A stretch of DNA of 62,936 nt, the filler included. It is 9 parts of 9 records of this genome, joined end to end, with 100 filler letters (N's around TTAATTAATTAA, not from the genome) between each part and the next. Parts side by side here need not be neighbours in the genome. Positions count along the whole stretch, not along the records: positions 18,584 to 28,155 come from SRR31147125_101649; positions 28,256 to 34,783 come from SRR31147125_101650; 7 more parts are not named here. One strand, given 5' to 3'. The translations under genes and the position numbers were made by a program. Below the pieces are notes generated by a model. The model worked only from the letters and a program-made list of their open reading frames with translations, was not told the origin of the DNA and did no database searches. Shown one piece after another: positions 21,200 to 32,533 of the stretch (position 1 is its first letter; each line of letters begins with the position of its first letter).

Positions 21200-22252
21200 T
21201 TATTCCTCTTTCTTTTCAGGTGCTTCATCCACGGGCTCTTCAGCCTGCGGCTCCGGCTCTTTTTCTACCGGGATATTCGCCTCGACCATGAACTCACGAA
21301 ACTCGTCCTCGTAATCCGCGTATGCATGAACCTTGATTTCGGGGTTCCACGGGTTTACATGACGAACCGCACGGGTATTGTTCTTCATATTTCTGGTCGG
21401 ACTCATGAAGACGCCGCCCAGGTGCATCAGTTTGGAGAACGGGAAGTAGATGAGCAGTGTACAGACCAGGAACAGATGGATGTAGAAGATCGACCCGATA
21501 TCGGCGCTGATAACCGGAGAGAACGTCACCAGGCCCACCGCCAGTTCCTTGATTGCCACGATATCAATGCCGTCGCGCAGAAAATGACGCATCAGGCCCC
21601 CAGTGACGGCGATCGCAAAGATCAGGATCAACGGGAAGTAATCGTTGGCGAGCGAAAGGTAATTGACGTGACGGTTGACCAGGCGCCTGCCGAACAGGAA
21701 GGCAACGCCGATAATGAGTCCGGCCGTGGTCATGTACATCGCCGGCGCACCGATCTCAAACATCGAATCGGCCCAGTCGAGGAACGCCAGCGCGTCCGGT
21801 ACCGGATTGAGGAACAGCCGCATGTGCCGGATCACGACAACCAGGAAGGAGTAGTGAAAGATCAGCGCGAACAGCCAGAGCCATTTCGATGATTCATACG
21901 TGATCTTGGGGCCGTCGTAGAACTCAGATTTCGTGTTCCTGAACAGAGATCTGAACGTCAGCACCTCAAGGGCCATCCGGCCTGCGACCTGGAGGGTCGT
22001 TTCCGGACTCTCGAGCTTGTTGTGTTTGATAAAGTCCAGTGATTTCGCCTGTCCGCAAGTGGTCTGAATGGAAAATGGGACCGGAATCTTGCCCCACTGC
22101 ACGACTCGATAGATAAAGCCTCCCAGAAAAACCAGGACCGCCAGATACGGAACCGCAACACCAAAAAAGTATTGCATCCCGGGTATCTGGGAACCGAGCC
22201 AGGCAATCAGGATCAGTACAATGACCGCCAGGAATGAAAAGGCATACTTCAT
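21200..22252 (-). CDS. dsrM: DsrM membrane cytochrome b subunit (NarI-like)
   Basis: Multi-TM protein with QTTCGQ, FRSLFRNT, LIFHYSF, IRHMR, FYIHLFL and PFSKLMH motifs. Confidence 0.95.
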   Translation of the reverse strand: MKYAFSFLAVIVLILIAWLGSQIPGMQYFFGVAVPYLAVLVFLGGFIYRVVQWGKIPVPFSIQTTCGQAKSLDFIKHNKLESPETTLQVAGRMALEVLTFRSLFRNTKSEFYDGPKITYESSKWLWLFALIFHYSFLVVVIRHMRLFLNPVPDALAFLDWADSMFEIGAPAMYMTTAGLIIGVAFLFGRRLVNRHVNYLSLANDYFPLILIFAIAVTGGLMRHFLRDGIDIVAIKELAVGLVTFSPVISADIGSIFYIHLFLVCTLLIYFPFSKLMHLGGVFMSPTRNMKNNTRAVRHVNPWNPEIKVHAYADYEDEFREFMVEANIPVEKEPEPQAEEPVDEAPEKKEE

Positions 22253-22340
22253 TTCTTAACCTCGCTTCTGTGAACTGTTTTGGTTCCGTGAAATTCCCCT
22301 CTCAGGTGAACGTTTCGGAACCGGTTACCTACTATACTAT

Positions 22341-22862
22341 TTACTTTTCTATATTTTTAAGCGCCCGTGAAGGACAGACGCCATCGGTCAGAGCGTGTTT
22401 TCCTGACTTGAGTTCGTTTACACGAATCTGGTACACCTTTTCCCGGCAGTCGACGTAGAGGTCAACGGCGGCGAGAACAGCCAGGTCGACCCTGAACTCA
22501 AAGTCATAGAGTTCGGTAACCAGCGGGGCCGTCTCCTTGTCACCTTTCAGGATATCCCGCGTAATATGCTTGACCGCATTGAGCGGGGCTATCGCCTGGG
22601 AGGGGCTGAAATCCTGAACCGAGCGCAGATGCATCAAACGGGACAGGGGCTCACTGAGAGCGTCACCTTGTGTCTCTTTATCAGTGGCAAGCAGGGCGAA
22701 AAGCTTCTTCAGCGAATCACGCACCGTACCGCCAATGGGGTTTGCGAACGCATCCTTTTCCCTGAGGAAAAACGAGGAGGATTCATACGTGGTCAGGGTG
22801 TATTCCACCCATTTGTCTACAATTTTGTAACGGTTGTTATGGAGGGCTTCCTCAAGGGTCAT
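22341..22862 (-). CDS. dsrT: DsrT (RsbRD N-terminal-like domain protein)
   Basis: KDAFANPIG and LRSVQDFSPSQAI motifs; immediately upstream of dsrM, the known position of dsrT. Confidence 0.85.
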   Translation of the reverse strand: MTLEEALHNNRYKIVDKWVEYTLTTYESSSFFLREKDAFANPIGGTVRDSLKKLFALLATDKETQGDALSEPLSRLMHLRSVQDFSPSQAIAPLNAVKHITRDILKGDKETAPLVTELYDFEFRVDLAVLAAVDLYVDCREKVYQIRVNELKSGKHALTDGVCPSRALKNIEK

Positions 22863-22995
22863 TTCCGCGCCAGTTATTACACTAAGTTATTGTTATTTCT
22901 CACTACAGTTCATACATTCGACATGAATGAATGACCATTCACAAGAGATGATAACTAGCACTTTTACGGGTTATTTTCAAGACTATTTATTTGAC

Positions 22996-23028
22996 AAAGT
23001 GATCCCGCTGGTTATTGGGGATCACTTT
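22996..23028 (-). terminator. Hairpin, likely terminator of the protease gene
   Basis: AAAGTGATCCC...GGGATCACTTT 11-bp stem, 20 nt past the protease stop codon. Confidence 0.6.
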
Positions 23029-23048
23029 ATGGAACAGCGAAGCGGAAC

Positions 23049-25169
23049 TCAGGGGTAAAGCAGTTCCGAGATGTCGTTGATAATCATCTGAGATTCGACG
23101 ATATACGGATCGTTCTCGAGTTCTTTGGCCCAGTCGTCGTCCTTTTGCTCCCCGGGTGAAGGAACAATGGTATCTGACGGGTCTTCAAGATCACGTCCGT
23201 CCTCATCTTCCTCGTAGGTGACGTGATGGTTCTCGATCGATTCCCGTGCTTTTTTTTCTTCCGCCCGTTTGGCCCGCATCACCTCAAGATCGAGTTCGAC
23301 GACCGTCTGTTTTGATCTGACACCGGAACGGTCGGCTTCCGTCTGAATAGCCTGGAGTTCTTCCGACCGCGCAACCCGGGCTCTGCTTTTCCCGATGATA
23401 GTCTGCAAATCCGGGATCATGTCGGAGTAGGTCCGAAAACGGGCGGGATCATCATGATCCCACGGCAGGGAATAGTCGAGGTACTGCTCACCAGACTCGA
23501 GGTTCTGAAACAGGGTCGGCAAAACGATATCCGGTTCGACGCCGCGATACTGTGTCGACCCCCCGTCGATCCGGTAGAACTTCTGGATGGTGGCTTTCAA
23601 TGCACCGAGATCGTCGTAGCGCCGCAGGTGCAGCAATGGAATGTTCTCGTTGAGGTCGATGATGGTCTGTACCGTCCCCTTACCGTGGGTGTGCAGGCCG
23701 CCGACGATAACAGCTCTCCGGTAATCCTGCAGTGCGGCGGCGACTATCTCGGACGCCGATGCAGAAAACTGATTGACCAGCACGACCAGCGGCCCCCCGT
23801 ACACGAGCGAGTCGTCATTGTCATCGAGCACGCGTTTCTGCCCCTGGCTGTTCTTCACCTGGACCACCGGTCCGGAATCGATGAACAGGCCGGTGATATC
23901 AACCGCGTCAACGAGGGAACCACCACCGTTGTTGCGCAGATCGAGGATGATCCCGTCGATACCGGCGCTGTGCAGATCGAGGAGCGCATTCCTGGTATCG
24001 TCAGTGGAGTTGCGTCCCCCGCCTGATCTGCTCTTCTCAAAGTCACGGTAGAAGCTGGGAATATTGATATAGCCGTAGCGTTTCCCGTCCGCATCCATCA
24101 CGCTGTGCTTGACGAATGTTTCCTCTATCTGAACCACCTCACGGGTTATCGCGATGATATCCTTGGAGCCGTCCGGCTTGCGCACGGTCAGCCGCACCTC
24201 GGTTCCCTTCGGCCCGCGGATAAGCCGCACCGCGTCGCGCAACCGCATGTCAGTGATCTCCACCGGCTCCTCGTCGGCCTCCGCGACCGCGAGGATCACA
24301 TCTTCGGCCTGGAGCCGCCCTTCTTTTGCCGACGCGCTGCCGGGGATGATCCTGACAACCTTGATATAGCCGTCCTCCTCGCGGAGCAGCGCACCGATCC
24401 CCTCAAGGCTGCCGCGCATGTGGATATCGAAATCCTCTTTCCGGTCAGGAGCCATGTAATTGGTATGCGGGTCGAAGGCGCGGGCGACCGCGTTGAAATA
24501 CCGATCGTAATGATCCTGCAGATCCTCCCGGTGCAGCCGGTGAAAAAAGTCCGCGAACCGTTTTTTGACCTTCCCGCTGGCTTCAGCCCAGAGCGTGTCC
24601 GGGTCGACCGGCTTCCCGTCCGCTTCGTATTCCTCCTCAAGATCGAGGTAGCGGTTCATGATCTGGGATTTGAGGATCTTGCGCCAGCGCTGCTCGAGTT
24701 CATCGCGATCGGCGGAAAACGAGAATTTCTCCGGATCGGTCTCCATGGATTCCCCGCCGCTCCGGTCGATACCGTTTTCAAGCATCGCGGTCACGCCTTC
24801 TTCGGCCTGACCGATGCGATCGACCATGATATCGTAGCCGACCTTCGGGAGTGCGATCGTTCCGCGCAGCAGGTTATCGTCTATGCTGTCTTCGAAACGG
24901 AGCAAGCGCTCGACGTCAGACTTCAGCAGAAAGCGTTTCTGGTAATCGAGCTGTTTCAGGTACAGATCGAAGATTGCCGCCGCCAGCTCGTCGTCAACCT
25001 GCTTGTCGCTGAAGTGGATCGAGGGAAGCTGCTTGGACAGCATGTACCCGATCAGCTTGTTGCGCTTCTCGTCGATGGTGGCGTCGGAATCGGAAACACC
25101 CGCGGAAGGAAGACTCAGGACTAACGCCAGAGTGAGCAGGAGCGATAAAAGAGATTTGCTGTTTTTCAT
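23049..25169 (-). CDS. prc: Carboxy-terminal (tail-specific) processing protease, S41 family with PDZ domain
   Basis: Signal peptide, FDPHTNY, LEGIGALL (PDZ), DLRNNGGG, SASASEI and HGKGTVQ. Confidence 0.92.
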   Translation of the reverse strand: MKNSKSLLSLLLTLALVLSLPSAGVSDSDATIDEKRNKLIGYMLSKQLPSIHFSDKQVDDELAAAIFDLYLKQLDYQKRFLLKSDVERLLRFEDSIDDNLLRGTIALPKVGYDIMVDRIGQAEEGVTAMLENGIDRSGGESMETDPEKFSFSADRDELEQRWRKILKSQIMNRYLDLEEEYEADGKPVDPDTLWAEASGKVKKRFADFFHRLHREDLQDHYDRYFNAVARAFDPHTNYMAPDRKEDFDIHMRGSLEGIGALLREEDGYIKVVRIIPGSASAKEGRLQAEDVILAVAEADEEPVEITDMRLRDAVRLIRGPKGTEVRLTVRKPDGSKDIIAITREVVQIEETFVKHSVMDADGKRYGYINIPSFYRDFEKSRSGGGRNSTDDTRNALLDLHSAGIDGIILDLRNNGGGSLVDAVDITGLFIDSGPVVQVKNSQGQKRVLDDNDDSLVYGGPLVVLVNQFSASASEIVAAALQDYRRAVIVGGLHTHGKGTVQTIIDLNENIPLLHLRRYDDLGALKATIQKFYRIDGGSTQYRGVEPDIVLPTLFQNLESGEQYLDYSLPWDHDDPARFRTYSDMIPDLQTIIGKSRARVARSEELQAIQTEADRSGVRSKQTVVELDLEVMRAKRAEEKKARESIENHHVTYEEDEDGRDLEDPSDTIVPSPGEQKDDDWAKELENDPYIVESQMIINDISELLYP

Positions 25170-25279
25170 GAATACTCGTAGAATCAGATAGATGATAGAT
25201 GAAGGATCAACCCCGCAGCGTCAATAATCAGCGCCGCCGGGCCAGCATGAATTCATACCAGAAGCACCATACAAATACC

Positions 25280-25600
25280 ATGACAAAGACCGACCCGCAT
25301 GAAAAACTGCTCAGGCTGATCACATCCTTTGCTGACCGGAGAAACTGGCATCGGTTTCACTCTCCCAAGAACCTCGCCATGGCGCTCTCCGTTGAGACTT
25401 CCGAACTGGTGGAAATCTTCCAGTGGCTGACCGAGGAGCAGAGTTACAGGCCTGATGCGGCGACGCGCAACCACATCCGGGAGGAGATTGGCGACATCAT
25501 GATCTACCTGACCATGATTGCATTAAAATTCGATATTGACCCGCTCGATGCCGCCATTGACAAGATGGAGATCAACAGCGCGAAATACCCCGCCCCGTAA
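25280..25600 (+). CDS. MazG-like nucleotide pyrophosphohydrolase
   Basis: RNWHRFHSPKNLAMAL, ELVEIFQW and EEIGDIMIYL. Start uncertain: 25199, 25247 or 25280. Confidence 0.85.
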   Translation: MTKTDPHEKLLRLITSFADRRNWHRFHSPKNLAMALSVETSELVEIFQWLTEEQSYRPDAATRNHIREEIGDIMIYLTMIALKFDIDPLDAAIDKMEINSAKYPAP

Positions 25601-25612
25601 TCCCTTCCCTTG

Positions 25613-26125
25613 TCAGTCACCCCGGGAGCAGCAACGCTCTTTCACGGCACCGGGCAGCCGGTTGCGTTCCAGACCCAGCAGGCGGGCGTACTCGAGCAGT
25701 TCATTCCACGTGCAGTTCAGACACTCACCAGTGTGCATGCGGCTGCCGGTCGTCTCATATTCGAGAAAAGCCTGCAGGGTTTCGGCAACTACCGGCCTGA
25801 GCGGGGTTTCATCAAGCTGAAACCGGCGGCAGAAGAGTACGAACCGCCTCCAGTTGGTCAGTGACCGCTTCACCCCCCGGTACCCGCCGGTGAGCTTGTT
25901 GGCCGGGAGCAGGTCACGCAGAATGATATCGATATAGCGCTGCTTTACCGCGTCGACCAGGTAGTGGTGCTGCTGCATACTGAGTTCGATTCGCGGGCCT
26001 TCTTCGTCCCGCGTCAGATGGTAAATGGCGGAGTGAAACGCGACTTCGGGAATTTCTCCCGAATAACGCACGACATACCACTCGTCTTCCACGAACGCGT
26101 CGCTGTCAGTTGCTGTCGTCATCAT
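25613..26125 (-). CDS. Hypothetical protein overlapping the 3' end of hemA
   Basis: Start overlaps the hemA end. Natural-looking sequence (VVRYSGEIPEVAFH, IILRDL, YRGVKRS). Function not recognised. Confidence 0.65.
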   Translation of the reverse strand: MMTTATDSDAFVEDEWYVVRYSGEIPEVAFHSAIYHLTRDEEGPRIELSMQQHHYLVDAVKQRYIDIILRDLLPANKLTGGYRGVKRSLTNWRRFVLFCRRFQLDETPLRPVVAETLQAFLEYETTGSRMHTGECLNCTWNELLEYARLLGLERNRLPGAVKERCCSRGD

Positions 26126-27383
26126 GTTCCAGCCCGAAAACCGTCCTGACCATATCGATCTTGGCGTCATCCCCCTTGCGGCACGACTCACTCTTCAGGA
26201 ATTTCATCGGGTCGTGCAGCATTTTCGCAGTTATCGCCTGTGCGAGCCGCTCGATTTTTTTCCGGTCGGCGGCCGACAGGTCCATTTTCGCCACCGTTCT
26301 CTCTATCTCCGTACTGCAGATGGTGTCGGCCTTCCGCCGCAGCGCTGTTATCGTCGGGGTAACGGTAAGGCCCTCCTGCCAGTGGGAGAACTTGAGCGTT
26401 TCCTCGTCGACGATCCGTCCCGCTCTCACCGCCTCTTTCTCTCTCTCCGAGCGGTTCATCTCGACCACCTGGCTGAGATCATCGATGTCGTAGAGGAACA
26501 CGTTCTCCAAGTCGTTGAGCCGGGGATCGAGGTCGCGCGGAACGGCAATATCGATAAAGAAGAGCGGGCGGTTTCTCCTGACCCGCATCAACGGTTTCAC
26601 ATCATCGCTCCGGATGATCAGGCCGGAAGCCCCGGTCGACGAGATGATGATATCGACCGTCTCCATCTGCCCCCCCAGTTCATCGAGGCTGCAGGCCGAG
26701 CCGTTGAACCGTTTGGCGAGATCGACCGCGCGGGACAGCGTCCGGTTGGCGACGCTGATACCTGCAACGCCCTGTCCCAGCAGGTGCTCGGCGGCGAGTT
26801 CGGCCATCTCGCCGGCACCGACCAGCAGGACCTGTTTCTCGGACAGGTCGCCGAAAATTTTCCTGGCCAGTTCGACGGCTGCCGAACTGATGGAGACGGC
26901 GGCGGATCCTATGTCCGTCTCGCTCCGCACCCGTTTGGCCACCGAGAAGGACTTGTGAAGCAGCTTGTTGAGCAGCGGGCCGGTGCACCCGTGCTCGGAG
27001 GCATGGCGGTACGCCTCCTTGATCTGGCCCAGGATCTGTGCCTCGCCGACTACCATCGAATCGAGTGACGAGGACACCCTGAAGAGATGATTGACGGCGT
27101 CGCTGTCGTGGTATACGTAGGAGTAACGCTCCCACTGCTCCGGCCCGACCGCATCCCCGAACAGGAAGTTGAGCATTTCGGGGGTAGTTTCCGCGGGATC
27201 CTCGGAGACCCATATCAATTCGACCCGGTTGCAGGTCGACAACACGTAGGATTCGGGCATGCGCCGCTCATGCAGCCGCCTGAGCGCCTCCTCGTAGCCG
27301 CCGGTCAGGGAGATTTTCTCCCGCACCTCCAGCGGTGTGGACTTGTGATTGACCCCGATGAGACTGATGTGTTTTGCTGCCAT
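26106..27383 (-). CDS. hemA: Glutamyl-tRNA reductase
   Basis: GVNHK, LSTCNRVE, SMVVGEAQILGQ, GAGEM and DIAVPRD. Confidence 0.97.
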   Translation of the reverse strand: MAAKHISLIGVNHKSTPLEVREKISLTGGYEEALRRLHERRMPESYVLSTCNRVELIWVSEDPAETTPEMLNFLFGDAVGPEQWERYSYVYHDSDAVNHLFRVSSSLDSMVVGEAQILGQIKEAYRHASEHGCTGPLLNKLLHKSFSVAKRVRSETDIGSAAVSISSAAVELARKIFGDLSEKQVLLVGAGEMAELAAEHLLGQGVAGISVANRTLSRAVDLAKRFNGSACSLDELGGQMETVDIIISSTGASGLIIRSDDVKPLMRVRRNRPLFFIDIAVPRDLDPRLNDLENVFLYDIDDLSQVVEMNRSEREKEAVRAGRIVDEETLKFSHWQEGLTVTPTITALRRKADTICSTEIERTVAKMDLSAADRKKIERLAQAITAKMLHDPMKFLKSESCRKGDDAKIDMVRTVFGLEHDDDSN

Positions 27384-27395
27384 AGCTGTTCCGAA

Positions 27396-28155
27396 TCAGG
27401 CTAACACGAGCCACAGAGTGAGTAGAACGACCCCGAAACCACCGACAATCATCACCGCCGCCCGGCGTCCCCGCCAGCCTACCGTGAAACGCTGGTGAAT
27501 CTGCACCAGGTAGATGAACCAGATGAGCAGCGAGCACACCTCTTTGGGATTCCAGCGCCAATAGACGCCCCATGCCTGTTTCGACCAGAGGATGCCGGCT
27601 ATCATGCCGAGCGTCAGAAAAGAAAATCCGACGGCGAGACAATGCGAGTTAAGCTGATCCAGTGAATCAAGAGACGGCAGGCGGGAAAAGAAATATCCGA
27701 GTTTTCTACTCTTCAGTTCCCGCTCCTGCAGCAGATACATGACACCGCCGCAGAACGCCAGCCCGAGAAAGCCGTAGGCGATCAGCGATATACCGGCATG
27801 AACCGGAAGCCACAGACTCTGCAGTGCCGGCTCGAGCGGAATGATCTCGCGGGAAGCAAACGCTGAAGCGGCCAGGAGTGCGAAGACCAGAAACGATGCG
27901 AAGGTGCCGAAATTCTTAACCGTATAACGCCAGCGAAAGGAAACATAGGCGGACGTCGTTGCCCATGCAAAAAAGAAGACCGCCTCGTGGTACGTGGTAA
28001 TCGGCGTATTGCCGATAGTCAGGTAGCGGCTGATAATATAGGCGCTCTGCAGGACCCAGGAGACGACCAGGAGGAGCCGCGCCGTTTTCTGTACCTGATT
28101 TTTCTGGGTAATAAAGAATGCCGCATACGCCGCACTCGACAAAAAGGCTGCCCCG
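27396..28155 (-). CDS. ccsA: Cytochrome c assembly protein CcsA family, 5' truncated
   Basis: Multi-TM, WLPVH and the tryptophan-rich AWGVYWRWNPKE motif; directly upstream of hemA. Confidence 0.85.
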
Positions 28156-28255
28156 NNNNNNNNNNNNNNNNNNNNNNNNNNNNNNNNNNNNNNNNNNNNT
28201 TAATTAATTAANNNNNNNNNNNNNNNNNNNNNNNNNNNNNNNNNNNNNNNNNNNN
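28156..28255. other. Artificial contig linker
   Basis: N44-TTAATTAATTAA-N44. Confidence 0.98.
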
Positions 28256-28330
28256 CTTCAGGATTTCCTTATTCGTTTGCAAACGTTTATGGCTGCGCAA
28301 CCGTAATCATTTTTAGCAGAGGGTACCAAA

Positions 28331-29425
28331 GTGATGAGACACTTACTAAAGCAAGTCACCGCGTTGTTATCGGTCGTTTTCCTCGTTGCCTGTACATCGG
28401 AAACGCCTCCTCAGGAAGAGATTCTACGTCCTGTACGTTTTCACACTGTCAAAATGCAGACAATCAGCTCAGAGAGAAGTTTCTCCGGTGTATCCGTGTC
28501 TGCAAAAGAGACTAAGCTCAGTTTCCGTTTGAGTGGTTTACTCGAGAAACTTGAGGTCAGGGTCGGCCAGCGAGTAAAAAAAGGGAATTTGATTGCCACT
28601 CTGGATGACTGGGACCTGCAGTTGAAATATGAAGAGCTGACCGCTTCGATACTTAATGCTCAGGTTCTCGCCGGGACGGCGCAGGCGGATCTTGAACGGA
28701 TTCGTGAGCTGTACGAAAACGACAATGTCTCACTGCGGGAATATGAACAGGCCAAAAACGCGTATGCTTCAGCTAAAGCCGGGTATGAAGTCCAGAAAAA
28801 GCAACTGGATCAACAGAAAAGCCAGTTAATTTACACGCGGATCACATCCCCGATGAATGGTGTTGTCACCGAGGTTCCGGTTGCCAAAAATGAGAACATT
28901 ACCGCAGGTGAGGTTGTCGCAGTTCTGACTTCAAGTGAAGCTATAGAGGTCGAGGTCGGCGTTCCAGAGGCTTATATTGCCGCGATCAAACCGGGGATGG
29001 CCACCAGCATTGTCTTTTCGTCTCTGCCAGAAAAAAAGTACGCCGGAGTCGTCAGTGAAGTGGCCTTCGTTGCGGCTGAGTACTCAACGTATCCGGTGAC
29101 GATCCGGCTGAACGAACAGTCACGCGAACTACGTCCGGGTATGCCGGCTGAAGCAAGGTTTACTTTTTCTGATAACAACTCAGCGATCTTTGTTCCGAGC
29201 AACGCCGTTGCCGAGGATATCGAGGGGATTTTCGTCTTTCTCGTCGAGAAGACCGGGAAGGGCGATGAGGCGTTATTGAGGCGCAGAAGAGTCGTCGTCG
29301 GTGAACTGACCGAACTCGGCTTTGTCGTCACTGATGGGTTGCAGGAGGGTGATGACGTGATCACCTCGGGAATCAGCAAAGTCAGCGATGGTATGAAGGT
29401 CCGCACGATGTCTTCTCTCAATTGA
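28331..29425 (+). CDS. RND efflux periplasmic adaptor (MFP) lipoprotein
   Basis: Lipobox LVAC, LSFRLSG, coiled-coil hairpin, ITSPMNGVV and LRPGM. Confidence 0.92.
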   Translation: MMRHLLKQVTALLSVVFLVACTSETPPQEEILRPVRFHTVKMQTISSERSFSGVSVSAKETKLSFRLSGLLEKLEVRVGQRVKKGNLIATLDDWDLQLKYEELTASILNAQVLAGTAQADLERIRELYENDNVSLREYEQAKNAYASAKAGYEVQKKQLDQQKSQLIYTRITSPMNGVVTEVPVAKNENITAGEVVAVLTSSEAIEVEVGVPEAYIAAIKPGMATSIVFSSLPEKKYAGVVSEVAFVAAEYSTYPVTIRLNEQSRELRPGMPAEARFTFSDNNSAIFVPSNAVAEDIEGIFVFLVEKTGKGDEALLRRRRVVVGELTELGFVVTDGLQEGDDVITSGISKVSDGMKVRTMSSLN

Positions 29426-29438
29426 TACGGTCTGACTT

Positions 29439-32400
29439 ATGAATCTCACTCAGATAGCGATTAAATACAAAAGCCTGTTTTTTTCTCTGTTGATTATTAT
29501 CATCGGTGCCGGGGTTGTCTCCTTCAAAGACATGCCGCGCGATGACATGCCACCATTTCTTGTCCGGACGGTGACGGTTGTTTCCAACTTTCCGGGAGCA
29601 TCTCCCGAGCGGGTCGAACTGCTGGTTTCGGATAAAATTGAGAAAGTGGTGCAGGAAATCCCTGAAGTCGACTATATCACCAGCGAATCACGGACCGGGA
29701 TTTCGATTGTAACTGTCAGCATCAAAGAGAGTGAATTCGATCTTCAGCCGATATTCGACCGCATCAGGCGCAAGGTCGAAACGGTACAATCGAGTCTGCC
29801 GAGCGGCGTCGTCCCCACGATCAATGACGAACTTGGCGATGTTTTCGGTATTCTGATCGGTCTTGTTGCCGAAGGTTATACCTATGCCGAGCTGAAGGCC
29901 GTTGCCGATGACGTCAGAGACGAACTGATCAAGATTCCCCAGGCGGCTAAGGTTGACATTGTCGGCGAGCAGGATGAGCGTATCTATCTCGAGTTTGACG
30001 ACATCCGGTTGGCGGATTTCGGGTTTTCAAAAACCGAACTGGAACAAATGCTACAGGCGACAAACACGCTTTTCTCCGGCGGTGATATCCGCATTGGCGA
30101 TGAGCGGGTCATCCTCGAACCGAGCGGGAATTTTGAATCGCTGCGTGACCTTGAGCAGATGGTGTTGTCAAACAGTAGTGGTGAAGTGATCCGTCTCGGT
30201 GATGTCGCAAAGATCCGGCGTGGTTATGTCGATCCTCCATCCAGTCGTGTGCGGGTGAACGGAAAGGCGGCCTGGTCCTTGGTGTCAATCTGAAAAAGGG
30301 CGGTAATATTGTTCAGCTGGGACAAGAGGTTGACCTTAAGTTGGAACACTTCAAGCAGATTTTTCCGATCGGGGTTGAGTTTATCAGGGCTTCATCACAG
30401 GACTACACGGTTGGTAAAACGGTCAATGATTTTATTTCCAACTTACTTCAATCTATTGTTGTTGTCTTGGCAACCATGCTGGTGTTTCTCGGGCTGCGTA
30501 CCGGGCTGGTGGTTGCCAGCCTGATACCATCTACGATGGTGCTGACGATTCTGCTCATGAATCTATTGGAGGTCGGTCTGAACCAGGTGTCACTGGCGTC
30601 GCTGATCATCGCCCTTGGAATGCTGGTCGATAATGCCATCGTCATGTCAGAATCGATGATGGTGAAAATGGAAAAAGGTGAGCAAGCCGCAGAAGCGGCG
30701 ATCAGCTCGTGTAAAGAGTTGTCTGTTCCCTTGCTGATCTCATCTTTGACAACGGCAGCTGCGTTTGTTGCTTTCTATCTGGCGGAGTCAACGCTCGGTG
30801 AGATCATGGGACAGATATTCCTGGTCGTTACCAGCGCCCTTCTATCCTCCTGGGTTATGTCTCTGACCATTATTCCTCTGTTAGGCATCTTTTTTATCCG
30901 GGTAAAGGTTAAAGACGATAACAGTAATAAAAAATCGGGCCTGATGGAACGTGCTCAGGGCGTCTATGAAAAAATGATAGTTGTCTGCCTGAAGCGTCCG
31001 GCGATCCTGATCGTCTCAGTGGTCATTCTGTTTTCGCTGTCACTCTGGGGGATGAAATTCCTCCCTTTCATTTTTATGCCCGATAGTGACAAAGCCGTTG
31101 TTTCAGTCAACCTGGAGCTGCCGATCGGTCTGGCCATTGAAAGGACGGATCAGACCGTCGCCCACATCGAAGATTTTATCCGGGATGAATTGTTGATTTC
31201 TTCTGACCGTAGCGAAGGGGTTGTCAGCTGGTCGACCTATGTCGGCGAGGGAGCCCCAAAGTACGATCTTGGTTATAATCCGCCGGAAGCGAACTCCTAT
31301 TCTGCACACATCTTGCTGAACACAACGTCTGATGCATCGAACCAGGCGGTCATCGATAAACTTGACGCTTACTGCTTTGATCATTTTCCTGACCTCAAAG
31401 CGACGATCAGCCGCTTGAAGACCGGTGGTGGGTCGGCTGATCCGATCTCGATCCGCGTCACCGGCAAAGATCCGATGATCCTCGATCCGATTATTGCTGA
31501 GGTGAAAGAACAGCTGAGACAAATCGACGGCTCGAAAAATATTGCTGATGACTGGGGGATGCGCGTTAAAAAGATCATCGTAAAAATTGATCCACTCAAA
31601 CTTCAGCGAGCCGGAATCACCAATCAGGATGTCGCACTTTCGCTGCAGACTCTGTTGATCGGTGCGAATGTCGGAGATTTTCGTGAGGGAGACCAGATCA
31701 TCCCGATTATCATGATCAACAGTGATTCCAAGAATTTGACCGTAGAGCAATTGGAAAGTCTGCCAATCAACAGTCAGGGCGGAGCTGAGAATGTTCCTTT
31801 GAGGCAGATTGCCGATATGAGCATTGCCTGGCAACCAGCGAAGGTTCTCCGACGCGATCTATACCGGACCGTGACGGTGACTGCTGGTCTTGAAAGCGGT
31901 TACACTGCTCGCGATGTCACTTCGGCTCTGTTGCCCTGGCTGGAGCAGGAGCAGCAGAGCTGGCCTTACGGCTACAGCTTCGAAGTCGGTGGTGAATCGG
32001 AAGACAGCGCCGAGGCAATGGGGGCGGTTATCGATAAACTACCGATTTCAATTTTTGTCATCGTGCTGTTGCTGATCGGCCAGTTCAACTCGGTCAAGAA
32101 GGCGGCCATTGTTCTGCTCACCATTCCGCTTGGCCTCATTGGGGTTGTTGGCGGCTTGCTGGTGACCAATTCATTCTTTGGCTTTATGGCTTTCTTGGGC
32201 GTTATCTCCCTTGCTGGGATTGTCATCAATAACGCGATTGTTTTGATCGATAGGATCAAAATAGAAATGGACGAATATAAGCGTGAACCCGGAGACGCAA
32301 TCATTGCAGCTGGAGTGCAGCGCTTTCGGCCGATTATCCTGACCACCGCGACGACTTCGTTAGGATTAATTCCGTTATGGGTCAGCGGTGGATTAATGTG

Positions 32401-32506
32401 GGAACCGATGGCCATCGGTATCATTTTCGGATTGTTGTTTGCGACAATTCTGACTCTGCTATTTGTGCCAGCCCTATACAAGGTGTTTTTTCAAATCAAA
32501 TTCTGA
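29439..32506 (+). CDS. RND efflux permease, AcrB/AcrD/AcrF family (frameshift near 30265)
   Basis: FPGASPERVE, LGMLVDNAIV, GIVINNAIVL and RFRPIILT, split over ORFs 29439-30293 and 30341-32506. Confidence 0.92.
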
Positions 32507-32533
32507 AAAGTGACACTTTAATAGGATGAAAAT

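Noticed and set aside
22863-22995. Rex-type operator upstream of dsrT
   Set aside because: Only half-site similarity to TTGTGAA-n4-TTCACAA; no convincing palindrome.
25280-25600. MazG-like gene as an anti-phage defence system
   Set aside because: It is a stand-alone housekeeping-type pyrophosphatase with no defence partners nearby.
19707-27068. Long antisense ORFs (20292-21143, 24105-25124, 26124-27068)
   Set aside because: They are shadows of GC-rich dsrK, prc and hemA, with no motifs of their own.
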